Positions 41,420-51,655 of a stretch of DNA of 64,000 nt are shown here, piece after piece. Source of the stretch: Candidatus Hydrogenedentota bacterium (GTDB taxonomy: Bacteria; Hydrogenedentota; Hydrogenedentia; Hydrogenedentales; SLHB01); contig CAXXYE010000009.1 in the NCBI GenBank assembly GCA_963674865.2, positions 1,216,001 to 1,280,000 on the forward strand, read 5' to 3'. Numbering within the stretch: position 1 is the first letter of the stretch; every line of letters begins with the position of its first letter. Made by a program: the position numbers and the translations under genes. Under the pieces are notes generated by a model. That model saw only the letters and a list, made by a program, of their open reading frames with translations. It did not search any database and had not been told where the DNA came from.

Positions 41420-42295
41420 CTACTTCAGCTTGGCTACGCGTTCACGCACTTCCGCGGCGAAGCGCTCGATGTGCTCCTCGATATGCGTCAGGGGGTCCTT
41501 CGTCGTGTCTTCCAGCAAGACGGAGAGATCCATGGCGAAGTTCGTCCCAGTCGTGGCGTCCACGCCGTGGGACTCGAAATATGTGGCGTGGGCTCTGCGG
41601 CGGCCAAGCGTGGCGAGGTCGTAGCGCTTTCCCCCGCACACTTGCGAGTCGAATACGCCCAGAAGCGCCGCCTGGAGGTTTTCGTGGCCTGAGCAGTCGA
41701 AAACGGTTTTATCGGCGTCAGTCATCCAGTCGAGATCCCGCCATACCTCGCAGCCGAACAGCCGCTTGGGCCTTTGCTCGGCGGGCAGGCGCCGCGCCGC
41801 CTCGATGACGCGAAGGGTGACGGCCACGTGTGTGTCATGCTTATCGGCGAGGTTATGCGTGTAAATAACCTCCGGCCGCGCCGCCGCCAGGATGGCGCCG
41901 ATATCCGCGAGCGGGCCGTCGTTGTTCGGATCCTTCACCGCCGAACTCGGGAAATCCAGCAAGACTTGCGCCGCGTATTCTCCCACGACGGCCGCCTTCT
42001 TCTGTTCTCCGGCGCGAATCTCGCGCATGGCGTCGTCGGTGTAATCGCGGTAGACATCATCCCGGGGCGAGCCGCTACCATTCGTCACGGTAACGCCGGT
42101 GTACCACCTGTCAGGCTGCTGGAAACACGCGAGAATGCCCTCAAATGACATGATCTCGAGATCATCCTGATGGGCGCCGAAGCCGAGATGAGTTGTACGC
42201 GCCAGTGCCTGCCCTGCCGGGACGCCGTCCGGCACAAATACCGACGCCGTAGCGCTCTTGAAAGCCACTTGCTGCTCCATAACAACTGTCTCCAC
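41420..42295 (-). CDS. PIG-L/LmbE-family deacetylase
   Basis: AHQDDLE, THNLADKHDTH. Confidence 0.88.
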   Translation of the reverse strand: METVVMEQQVAFKSATASVFVPDGVPAGQALARTTHLGFGAHQDDLEIMSFEGILACFQQPDRWYTGVTVTNGSGSPRDDVYRDYTDDAMREIRAGEQKKAAVVGEYAAQVLLDFPSSAVKDPNNDGPLADIGAILAAARPEVIYTHNLADKHDTHVAVTLRVIEAARRLPAEQRPKRLFGCEVWRDLDWMTDADKTVFDCSGHENLQAALLGVFDSQVCGGKRYDLATLGRRRAHATYFESHGVDATTGTNFAMDLSVLLEDTTKDPLTHIEEHIERFAAEVRERVAKLK

Positions 42296-42320
42296 AACGT
42301 ATTGGGCCGTGGGGCCGTGT

Positions 42321-43718
42321 CTAATCCAATGAGGGAAGGCTGGCCGCGGCGATCGATTGGCCCACGCGGCGGGCCTGCTCGTCCGGCAACTGGATGTTGA
42401 CTGATGCCGCCAGTTCCGGGAACTCGCTCGCCAGGACTTCCTTCGCGCCGTCGACGATCAGTGTTCCGCCCGTGCCGGACGTACACCGCCCGAGAACGAG
42501 CACATGCTTGAGGTCGTAGAAATCGGCGTAATGAGCGATGGCGTAGCCCATGTAATAGCCCATGGACTCCCAGATCTTCCTCGCGCCCTCATGGCCGGCT
42601 TCGAGCTTCTCCTGGACGGCCTTGAGCCGCTCGGCGTCCGTGACGTCGCTTGGGAGCTCGATCCCCGCCTTCGGCGCAAGGCGGAACACGCACTGCTGTG
42701 AAAAGTACAGCGCGCCCACGCCCTTGTCGCCCGACCACTCATCCGCCGGCGCCTCGGGACTGTAATCCACCGGCGCGAACGCCAACTCGTTCAGCCAGCC
42801 CGTGATGTTGCCGTCCATCGTGACGTATCCACCGGCCTCGCTCGAGCCGAGCGCAATGCCGAGGACGCCGTTATCCTCAAGGGACATGGAGCCGGCCAGG
42901 GCCGTAACCTCGCCGTCATTCACGATCTCGAGCGGCACGCCCATCTCATCCCGAATGCGCAGGAAAAGGTTCTTGACGTTGTCGAAGCGCTCCTTGGGCA
43001 CGCCGCGGAAGAGCGAGGCGATCATGGCGCGATTGTTGATGTACACCCCCGCCGAGCTGCCGCCAATGGCGTCAACGCGAGGCATCTTCTCCGCCGCCGA
43101 ACGCAGGCTCTGCATAACCTGCTCATAGTGATAGGCGGGATCGCTCTGTTTGCGAGGCTCCCATATGACCTCCTCGCTGAACACCGCTCCGCCGTCCACC
43201 ACGGCCGATACCTTGCGATCGGACGCCCCCAGATCGAAGCCGATGCGACACCCGTCCAGATGCCTGCCAAGAGGCCGCGTGGCCTCCTGCTCATCCGGAA
43301 CGGCTTCGGGCGAACAAGACACCACCGTAAAGGTGTGTTCGTAAACGTCTTCACCCATGAAATGAAAGTCGAACTCGCGCTCGCCGTCGGGCGCATAGCA
43401 CTTCGCCAGGTAGTCTCCGATGCCGCATGGGCCGCCGACGTATACCTTCCAGCCTCCGCGCTGCCACAAGAGGAACTTCAGCAGCCGCTCGGCGTACATC
43501 AGATTGGCGCCGGCGCGCGGATGCCCGTCCGGAAACACCTGCGTTTCGTAGCGCGACACGGAACCGTCGCTGCGCTCGAGTCCGAGGACAAGGGGCGCCC
43601 CCTCGCCTGAATCCGCCACTTCCTTCAAGAAAGCGCGGTTCGCCAACACGGCGGGCCGGAATCCCTGATCCAACGGCGGGAGAAACCGAGGCTCAACAAG
43701 CTTGAAATCCTGTAACAT
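42321..43718 (-). CDS. ROK-family protein (probable sugar kinase) with N-terminal extension
   Basis: GFDLGASD, NDGEVTALAG, GSSEAGGYV, NELAF. Confidence 0.85.
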   Translation of the reverse strand: MLQDFKLVEPRFLPPLDQGFRPAVLANRAFLKEVADSGEGAPLVLGLERSDGSVSRYETQVFPDGHPRAGANLMYAERLLKFLLWQRGGWKVYVGGPCGIGDYLAKCYAPDGEREFDFHFMGEDVYEHTFTVVSCSPEAVPDEQEATRPLGRHLDGCRIGFDLGASDRKVSAVVDGGAVFSEEVIWEPRKQSDPAYHYEQVMQSLRSAAEKMPRVDAIGGSSAGVYINNRAMIASLFRGVPKERFDNVKNLFLRIRDEMGVPLEIVNDGEVTALAGSMSLEDNGVLGIALGSSEAGGYVTMDGNITGWLNELAFAPVDYSPEAPADEWSGDKGVGALYFSQQCVFRLAPKAGIELPSDVTDAERLKAVQEKLEAGHEGARKIWESMGYYMGYAIAHYADFYDLKHVLVLGRCTSGTGGTLIVDGAKEVLASEFPELAASVNIQLPDEQARRVGQSIAAASLPSLD

Positions 43719-43876
43719 CAGCGCAAAATCCTTAGATCTTGAGGGAAAACGGTGAATCGAACATCGGCACTATAACACAACCTAAGATCGCACTGAAAAC
43801 GCCGGCTCTCGTTCCCACCGCATGTAAGCATAGCCACAGATAGACACCGATGCGGCCCCATAGACGGCTGAATCCC

Positions 43877-44160
43877 GGCCCTGCAAGGGCCTTGCATACC
43901 AGCCCGGCGCAACGCGCCGGGAAACAGCCGCATTACACCGTTCAAGCCCTGGAGGGGCGCGACATGGGAGGGTCACGCTCCTGCGTGACCACAGACGCAC
44001 CAAGTCCTATCCGGCCAATCAAACCCATCACCCGAGACGCGTTTGGAGTTCAAGCTTCAGCTTGAAAACGCGCAAGCCTCGCCCAAGCCCCACCAATACG
44101 CCCACGCGGGCTCGATGCCGAGGGAACGCGATACCTAAGCTGGCAAGATGCCGGCGCCAC
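43877..44160. repeat. Cluster of REP-like short palindromes
   Basis: GGCCCtgcaaGGGCC, CCCGGCGCaacGCGCCGGG, GGTCACGCtcctGCGTGACC, TTCAAGCttcaGCTTGAA. Confidence 0.55.
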
Positions 44161-44373
44161 AACCGGAACGATGCCCGCGCTACGTATCGGATTGGCCTTG
44201 TCACGAGCGATGGTAACGGCAGACGGGCGTTATCCGGCGTCTATGCGCCAGAAAGAGCAAGGCCAGGGGCATAAGGGCCAAGCATAGGGCGTCGGCGGAC
44301 GCAAAGGCACGAGGGGCGGCATGCAGCATCCCGGCGGCTCCGGCGCAGCCGTAGGGGAGCGGGCAAATACGCT

Positions 44374-45240
44374 CGAATACGGCCGTGACGGCGGCATCGT
44401 CGGTAATGGTGAAGTCCACGGGATTGACTGAGCCCGTCAGATCGCCCTCCCAGTGATCGAATAGCCAGCCGTTGGCCGCGGTGGCTTCGATAGTGACGAC
44501 ATCATTCTCGCTGTAGGTATGTTCGCCGGGGGGCGGATCCACGTCTCCCTGCCCTTGGACGGAGACGGTGAGGGCGAACGTGGGAATCTCGATGAACACG
44601 GCCGTGACGGTGCTGTTATTGGTGATGGTGAGGGCGGCGGGATTGGTTGAGCCTGTCAGAGCGCCTTCCCAATGATCGAACAACCAGCCGTTGGCGGGGG
44701 TGGCCTCGAGGGTGACGATGTCGCCCTGTGTATAGGTATGGTAGCCGACGGGCGGGATCACATCCCCTAATCCATGGGCGACCACAGTCAGTGTAAACGT
44801 CGGGATCTCGGTGAACACCGCGGTGACGGTAGCATCGGCGGTCATGGTGAGGTCCACGGGGTTGGTGGCGCCCGTCAAGGCGCCTTCCCAGCGATCGAAT
44901 AACCAGCCGTCGGCCGGGGTGGCTTCCAGCGTCACCACGTCACCTTGGGTGTAGGTGTACTGGCCCGGGGGTGGTGTTACGTCCCCCTGCCCCACTACGG
45001 AGACGGTGAGGGTGAACGTGGGAATCTCGACGAACACCGCCGTCACGGTGGCATCGGCCGTGATGGTGAGGCCGACTGGATTGGTTGAGCCCGTCAGATC
45101 GCCCTCCCAGTGATCGAATAGCCAGCCGTCGGCGGGCGTGGCCTCAAGCGTCACGACATCATTCTCGGTGTAGGTGTGTTCGCCGGGAGGCGGTTCCAGC
45201 TCGCCTTGGCCCTCGATGGCCAGCGTCAATGTTAATGCTG
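44374..45240 (-). repeat. Four tandem 219-bp (73-aa) coding repeats, InlB B-repeat-like
   Basis: TLEATPADGWLFDxWEG motif recurs at an exact 219-nt period (44449, 44668, 44887, 45106). Confidence 0.9.
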
Positions 45241-45862
45241 GCGGGCCGTCGTATTCGTAGGCGCCCATGTCGAAGCCGTCGCCCTGAGGCCGGGCGACGC
45301 CGTCGAGATCCATGTCGGGGGCGTCGTCGCTTGTTCCCGTGTCGATGGCCGGCGAGGCGGTTCTGAGGTGGAAGTCGCCGTTGGAAGCATCGACAAACAG
45401 GGGCGGGGTGGAGAGATTGCCCTCACCCGTATGCCCGTCCTCCACCAGGGAGTATGTCACCGAGCCTATGCCGTTGCCGGACAAGTCGATCTCGTCGGGC
45501 GTGTCGCCCCAGAAGATGCAATTGCGCACGTCATATTCCACCTCATCCAGCCGCAATGCCCCGCCCGTACCCGCCGCCGTGTTGCCGTAGAAGGTGCAGT
45601 TGGTCAGGTACACGGATGTCGTCCACGCTGGCCCTTCGCTGAGGTACTCGCCCATGCCTGAAATGGCACCCCCGTTGCTGGCTGCGTTGGTGTCGAAAAC
45701 ACAGTTCTCAAAAGACAAGTTGGCCCAATACACGTATGCTGCGCCGCCCGGGCCCAAGCGCTCGTCGGCGCTACTCCAGCCGCGGTTGTTTCGAAAGATG
45801 CAACGAAAGAAACTGCCACGCCCTCCATAGGAGGATATGACCCCACCTAGCCTAACGTTGGG

Positions 45863-46510
45863 AGACCCCCCGGCTGTGCCGGGGAGGCAGCCGAAGTTTG
45901 ACAGTTCCAGGAGTCCATCGACGAAACTCCTAGGCGTGAGCCGCTCAAGCACACGCAAAGGAGTTCATCGATGGACGATTACCAGAGTCTAAGTCACACG
46001 AAATGGGAGTGCAAATACCATGTGGTGTTTATCCCGAAAGGCCGGCGGAAGACGCTGTATAAGGCGCTGCGGGAGCACCTGGGTGAGGTGTTTCGGGAAC
46101 TTGCGTTGAGAAAGGAGAGCCGGGTTGAGGAAGGTCACCTGATGCCCGACCATGTGCACATGATGCTGACGATTCCCCCGAAGTACGCCGTATCGCAGGT
46201 GGTGGGCTACGTCAAAGGGAAGAGCGCGATTCACATTGCTCGGGTCTATAGTGAGCGCAAGCGCAACTTCGTGGGGCAGCACTTCTGGGCACGGGGCTAC
46301 TTCGTTTCTACCTTGGGCCGAGACGAGGAGGTGATACGGGACTACATCAGGCGGCAGGAGCAGGAAGACCGCCGCCTGGACCAGATGGATATGCTACGCT
46401 GACAGCCACCCGATAAGGGTGGCCCCAACGCGCGAGCGCGCTAGCGCCCAGCGCAGCCGCTTTGAGCGGCTCACACGGTAAAGCCCCCGGCTCTGCCGGG
46501 GGATACTTAC
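45863..46510 (+). mobile_element. IS200/IS605-family element, tnpA only (ends approximate)
   Basis: Subterminal hairpins CCCCGGC-tgt-GCCGGGG and CCCCCGGC-tct-GCCGGGGG flanking tnpA; no terminal IRs or target duplication seen. Confidence 0.9.
45971..46402 (+). CDS. tnpA: Y1 HUH transposase
   Basis: CKYHVVFIPK, PDHVHM (HuH), KGKS, FWARGYFVST, DYIRRQ (catalytic Tyr). Confidence 0.95.
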   Translation: MDDYQSLSHTKWECKYHVVFIPKGRRKTLYKALREHLGEVFRELALRKESRVEEGHLMPDHVHMMLTIPPKYAVSQVVGYVKGKSAIHIARVYSERKRNFVGQHFWARGYFVSTLGRDEEVIRDYIRRQEQEDRRLDQMDMLR

Positions 46511-47398
46511 TGTTCCCTGGTTTGCCTCAAATGTGCAGTCCGTTATCGTGGCAAAGCTGGAAGTGCCCAGGTGGATGGCGCCTCCCGCAATCTCAGCCAC
46601 GTTGTTGTCAAAGCGACACCGATAGAAATCTGAGTTGTCGGCAAGCGAAACAGCTCCTCCATATGTCGCGGTATTTCCAGTGAACCGGCAATCGGCAACG
46701 ACGGAAGCCGCTCCAGAACAGGCAACAGCCGCTCCAGCGTAGGCGCTATTGTCCGCGAAGACGCAGTTAAGAACTGTCGGTGATGTCCCGGAGTTCAACA
46801 GGCCCGCTCCGCTGCGCGCGGTCGCGTAAGTGGGGCCAATTGGCGGATTCCCGCTACCACCACGCACAGTGAAACCGTCGAGCGCTGCATCGTCGGCACC
46901 AATAATGACGTTGTAAGCGGCTTCGCCGGAGCGGGATGTCGAGCCGTCAATGACAGTTGTGTATGTGGCCCAATCCCGTGCATCTCGGTTGACCTCGACC
47001 GCCTGGAATCCCCCGAATAAGTGCACGCCTTCCCTCATAAGCAGGGATCCCGTGTCCACCCAGTTCTCCAAGTCGTCGCCCGGGGCGACATCGCGAACCG
47101 ATTCGCGCCGTTCGTCATAGACTCCTTCGGCGGCCCACACTTCGCCCCCGCCATTGTCATAGGCGGCGTCGATGGCGGGCTGTATCGTGGTAAACGCCGT
47201 TGTCCAGGATGTGCCGTCCTCCGTGCCCGACGTGTTGTCCTTGTCGACATACCAGACGGCGGCGGAAGCTGTGAAAGCTAGGTGGAGCATCATTACGAGC
47301 CTGAGAATTCGCTGTGGCATTGCTCGTGCCTCCTGTGACATTGCGCCGTGCGACGTCATTTGGTTCTTGGATTACCGCTACAGCAAGAGGACTCCTGC

Positions 47399-48352
47399 TC
47401 ATTCCAGATCGATGGCCATGTTCTCCCACCAGAACACCCCGGCTGCGTCTGAAGGTGTTGGATACTCGTCGGCGCCCATATCGCGGGGAGGGAGCTCTTG
47501 CCCGTTGGAAGTGCCCAAGGGACTGGCCTGATTGTCAAAGTCCCGAAATTCAGGAAGAAATACATAGTCTTGAAGCTCGTCGTCCCACTCCACATTCGTC
47601 CCCGTATCTTTGCAGGGCGATGCGTTCTCGATATGCAAGAAGTCCTGCCAGTTGTTCTCCTGTTTGATGTAGATATTGTCGAAATGGTAGTCGCCGCCAT
47701 TTACTTGATAGAAGTGCACCTTGACGCCCACATCGACGGTGCACTCATCCGTTTCGAGGACTTTGGCCAGGGGCTGGCCGCTTTCCCCACGCCAAATGGC
47801 GATGTGCGAGTCATTCGTCTCGATGCGGACGTCGTACCATGTGTCTTCGAGCGTGTCCTCGGCGGTGTTCTCGTCCAGCGTTGTCCATACGCCATTGTCC
47901 TTCTGCCGCAAGAGCATCCTCCCGGGATAGATGCAGAGTTCGACGATGGTGTCTCCGGAGAACCGGAAGGTGACGATGGCCACGTACCAGTCGCTGCCGC
48001 TGGCGGCGCGTTCGTAGGAGAAGGACTCGACAAGATCGGTGCTCCGCACACTGATGCGGATCGAGGCGTAGCTCTCCGTGGTGGCGTCGAGATAGCCGCT
48101 CGCGGCCGTCCACGTGCCGCTGGTGACTGTCCACCCGTCATAATTCCCGTCGCTGAAATCATCATCCACCACCGAGGCATTGTAGAACGTCTCCGTCACG
48201 AATTCCGGATCGGACTGGATGTTGTTGTTCGCCGTGCCGCCGTTCTGAACGCAGGAATAGCTGCGCGGCGCATACAACATTTGCGGCACTCCGATGAGCG
48301 GCACGACAGACATCTTCGCAGATGGACATCCCTCGGCGCGGCAACCCCTCAT
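47399..48352 (-). pseudogene. Probable 5'-truncated fragment of an extracellular protein (choice-of-anchor Q-like with lectin-like insert)
   Basis: Recognisable from YSCVQ..NIQSDPEFV; DDFSDGNYDGW beta-sandwich; SPCKDTG...RDMGADEY; no signal peptide or convincing start. Confidence 0.55.
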
Positions 48353-48778
48353 ACTAATCCCCCGTGTAGACTTACATTACTAAGATACCACGCTCATTTT
48401 AAGGTGTAAAGAAGTTTCTCACGTTGCTGCATGGAGTTTACACTATAAGCACTAAGCCGGGCGTTTGTGCGCTGAAAACCTCCGCAGTGGCGTGCGGCCT
48501 CGTTGCCTGGACAAGGCTGTAGGGGAATCATGGGCCGCGGGCTGGGCGATTCTTATGTAATCTCTCCATTTGCCGGGGCTTTTAGACACATCTCCGCGCG
48601 CCTTCTCGCTGTTGAGGTAAGCATCCTGTGCTTCTCACGTGGGCCGGGAAGAAGTGAGTGAAAACGCGCTCGTTTTTTGACTTTTTCCGCGAACATTTGG
48701 TAGTCTCCATTGTCCCTTTTTGAGTATTTCACCTCTCGATAGTAGTGGCCTCCTCCTGCAAGAATACGGAATCGCAGT

Positions 48779-50269
48779 ATGTTTATCGGCAGTAAATCCA
48801 CCAGCACCGTCCTCGATGTATTCAAGATTGGCCTCAACGAACTGACGCGCGAGGTCGGCCTGCCTGAAGAGTTGCACTACCGCACGCGCGATTGCGAGAT
48901 CGCGGCGCGCGGCGCGGATCTTTCTAAGCGTGTTGACGTAGTCCGCATTGCCTTTCAGGTTAAGCCGGATAGCGACACGGCGCGCGTCACGGGCGCCATC
49001 GAGGCCACCAAGCTTGGAGCGCGAGTACAAGTCAACAACGGCACGTGCGCGATCACGCTGCCCTCTTTTGAATGGCGCCAACTGCCTCGCCTGAAGCCCA
49101 TCGACGCCGTGATTGAGGAGTTCGCCTCGCACTCGCTGCGATCGCAGTCGTGGGAGGTGGAGGTCGTTAAGCATAAGAGCTATGACGTCAACATCAACCG
49201 GATGATTGAGGAGATGCAGAGCAGGCGGGCGTCTGACCTCCATTTGCGGGCCGGCTCAGCACCATACATCCGAATCGACAATGAGTTGATGCCCGTGGAT
49301 ATGCCGCCGCTCACGGCGGCGGATATCGAGGATATCGTTCACCAACTCGGCAGTGAGAGTGAGGTGGAGAAACTTCGCGCCGAACGGGAGACGAGTTTCC
49401 AGTTCCACGCGGCGGGGGTGGGCTATCTGCGCGTGAGCGGGTATTTCAAGCACGGTGCGATGGCCCTCGCCATCCGGCTCATTCCGGAGAATCCGCTCGA
49501 CTTCGAGCAGTTGGGCATCCCGCCGACGGTTCGCGATATCGCCAGCGCCCACCGTGGGTTGCTGCTGGTTTGCGGCATTACAGGCTGCGGCAAGTCTACC
49601 ACGCTTGCGGCAATGGTGAAACACATTAATGATACGCGCCACACGCATATCATCACGGTTGAGGATCCCATCGAGTACGTCTACCGGGACAACAAGAGCA
49701 TCATCTCCCAGCGGCAGGTGGGCCGCGATACGTTCTCTTTCGCGAATGCCCTGCGCGGCGCGCTCCGCGAAGATCCGGACGTGATCATGGTGGGTGAGAT
49801 GCGGGATGTGGAAACCATTCGCGCGGCCATCAGCGCGGCCGAGACGGGCCACCTTGTCTTCTCGACGCTTCATACGATGACGGCCGTCGACACCGTCAAC
49901 CGCGTCATCAGTTTCTTTCCGCCGGCGGAGCGCGATGTTATCCGCCAGCAGCTTGCCTACACGCTCCGGGGAATTGTCTGCCAACGTCTTCTGAAGCGCA
50001 AGGGGGAGGGCCGTGTCCCGTGTCTCGAGATTCTGCTCGGCGGGCGGCCTATCGTGCGGGACGCCGTTCTCGAGGGGGAAGTCAGCAAGTTGCATGACAT
50101 CATCGAGGTCGACAGTGACATGAAGTCTTTCGATCAGTACGCGGTTGACCTCTTCCAGAAGGGCGTTGTCAGCCGTGAGGAGGCGGTTTCGGCGTGTAGC
50201 AACGAAGCATCATTCGATCGTATCACCAGCGGGATCAAGTCCTCTGAAGGGCGCAAGCTTCTGAAATAG
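48779..50269 (+). CDS. PilT/PilU-family ATPase with N-terminal extension
   Basis: ASDLHL, GITGCGKSTT, TVEDPIE, LREDPDVIMVGEMRD, AETGHLVFSTLHT. Confidence 0.9.
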   Translation: MFIGSKSTSTVLDVFKIGLNELTREVGLPEELHYRTRDCEIAARGADLSKRVDVVRIAFQVKPDSDTARVTGAIEATKLGARVQVNNGTCAITLPSFEWRQLPRLKPIDAVIEEFASHSLRSQSWEVEVVKHKSYDVNINRMIEEMQSRRASDLHLRAGSAPYIRIDNELMPVDMPPLTAADIEDIVHQLGSESEVEKLRAERETSFQFHAAGVGYLRVSGYFKHGAMALAIRLIPENPLDFEQLGIPPTVRDIASAHRGLLLVCGITGCGKSTTLAAMVKHINDTRHTHIITVEDPIEYVYRDNKSIISQRQVGRDTFSFANALRGALREDPDVIMVGEMRDVETIRAAISAAETGHLVFSTLHTMTAVDTVNRVISFFPPAERDVIRQQLAYTLRGIVCQRLLKRKGEGRVPCLEILLGGRPIVRDAVLEGEVSKLHDIIEVDSDMKSFDQYAVDLFQKGVVSREEAVSACSNEASFDRITSGIKSSEGRKLLK

Positions 50270-50280
50270 CTCGTCTTGGC

Positions 50281-51534
50281 TTAGGCCATCCGGTAGATGA
50301 CGGCGCCGGAAGGAATCTTGGGGAAGAAGTAGGTGGACTTCTGGGGCATGGGTTCCTTCGCCTGGGCACAGGCCTGAACCTGCTCCGGCCGCACGGCTTT
50401 CAGTAGGAAAGCAAGCCCTTTCTCGCCGCTTCTGACTTTTTCGAGGGCTACCGACGCCGAACGCTCGTAGGTGAGTTGCGTATCCTCGGGCAGGCCTAGA
50501 ATGCGCTCGATGATGCCGCGGTGCAGCACGGCCACGTCCAGATCCCGCCACGCCGGAGCCTTGTCATCCCCGAGGAATGCGGCTCGATCAACGGATTTGA
50601 GCTTCAGGAGATACCGCCCCGTGCCATTGAGCGCGAGTCCGAGGACGCAGTTCGCGGCTGTCCGGACGCCTTCTTCGAGATCATCTCCTGCGGGCATGAC
50701 GTCGAACCACTTCTCCAAAGCCGAGAGGAATTCGCCGGCATCGAATCCCGGGGGGGGATCAAGGAGGCGATGGGGGGGATAGATCTTGAGGCCCGGATCG
50801 GAGAAAGATACGAAACCCATCAGGGTGTAGTCATATAGCCCTTTCCCATCGGCCCCCATGCGTGCCCGCATCCGATCGCGATAGGTGATGGCCGTCTCGA
50901 ACCGGTGGTGGCCATCCGCGATGTAGAGTTTCTTGTCTTGGAAAAAATCCTTCATGAAGGCGTCGCAGGGCGCTCGCCATAGCCGCACGGTTGTTCCATC
51001 CGGGACAGCCGCCTCACTCTCGGGCGCGGCTTCGTAATGAGGCGCCACATGCGCGGCCAAAGAGTTGTCCGGGTCGGCATAAAGGACGAATATGACGCCG
51101 AGATTCGCTCGTGTGGCTTCCGTCAGGAACAGGCGGTCCTCAATGGGCTTGCTGAAGGTTCGTTCATGGCCCAGCACCAGCTTCTCATCTGCCTCGGGAA
51201 GACGGGTGACTGCCATGAACCCGCGCCGCACGTACTGTGCTCCGTCCAGGCCCGTGAACTGCTGTTCGTGCAGGTAGATCGATTCCTCGGGATCCTGCCG
51301 AACAAAACCGTCCGCGATCCAGGAGTCCAGCAAGCGGCCGGCCCGTTCATAGCGATCTACCCCTTCCGCGGCTTCGGGCAGGAGCAGATGGGCCATACTC
51401 TGGGGGCTCCGCTGCGTGAAGGCACGGCGCTCGTCGGGGCTGATGACGTCGTACGGCGGCGTGATCACGTTATCCAGTGTTCCGACCTTCTCGGGACTGA
51501 AACGAAACGCGCGAAATCCCTTCACTTCAAGCAT
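50281..51534 (-). CDS. DUF1015 family protein
   Basis: PPYDVIS, HERT, YIADGHHR, MPQKSTYFFPK. Confidence 0.9.
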   Translation of the reverse strand: MLEVKGFRAFRFSPEKVGTLDNVITPPYDVISPDERRAFTQRSPQSMAHLLLPEAAEGVDRYERAGRLLDSWIADGFVRQDPEESIYLHEQQFTGLDGAQYVRRGFMAVTRLPEADEKLVLGHERTFSKPIEDRLFLTEATRANLGVIFVLYADPDNSLAAHVAPHYEAAPESEAAVPDGTTVRLWRAPCDAFMKDFFQDKKLYIADGHHRFETAITYRDRMRARMGADGKGLYDYTLMGFVSFSDPGLKIYPPHRLLDPPPGFDAGEFLSALEKWFDVMPAGDDLEEGVRTAANCVLGLALNGTGRYLLKLKSVDRAAFLGDDKAPAWRDLDVAVLHRGIIERILGLPEDTQLTYERSASVALEKVRSGEKGLAFLLKAVRPEQVQACAQAKEPMPQKSTYFFPKIPSGAVIYRMA

Positions 51535-51655
51535 CGTGAAAAAAGAGCCTCCCTGAGGTATTGACACATGGGTAACCAGCCGCGGGCGATCTTATTCACT
51601 CGGAGGACACCGAGTCAAGGGGCGTGTGCTGGACTGCGCGGCCGACGCGGGATCG

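Larger units (their letters stand above)
44201..47320 (-). pseudogene. Exported surface protein (beta-helix, choice-of-anchor Q-like, four beta-sandwich repeats, C-terminal TM tail) interrupted by IS200
   Basis: N-half 47320-46511 with signal peptide and DGTSWTTAFTTIQPAID; C-half 45862-44201 with SPAIDTG...DMGAYE; halves in the same frame across the IS. Confidence 0.85.

Noticed and set aside
43719..44200. Cobalamin riboswitch upstream of the run containing the Btu-like ABC genes
   Set aside because: No B12-box or conserved core recognised by eye; an Rfam scan would be decisive.
44374..45240. Regular repeats as a possible CRISPR array
   Set aside because: 219-bp in-frame coding repeats without unique spacers; no cas genes.
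45863..45958. N-terminus of the 585-aa ORF as a genuine gene start
   Set aside because: These codons lie inside the IS left end; the ORF is the 3' half of the interrupted gene.
45959..46510. tnpB or omegaRNA cargo in the IS
   Set aside because: Only about 110 bp follow tnpA before the right end; no tnpB ORF.
47498..48409. 303-aa plus-strand ORF
   Set aside because: Antisense to the minus-strand fragment that carries recognisable motifs.
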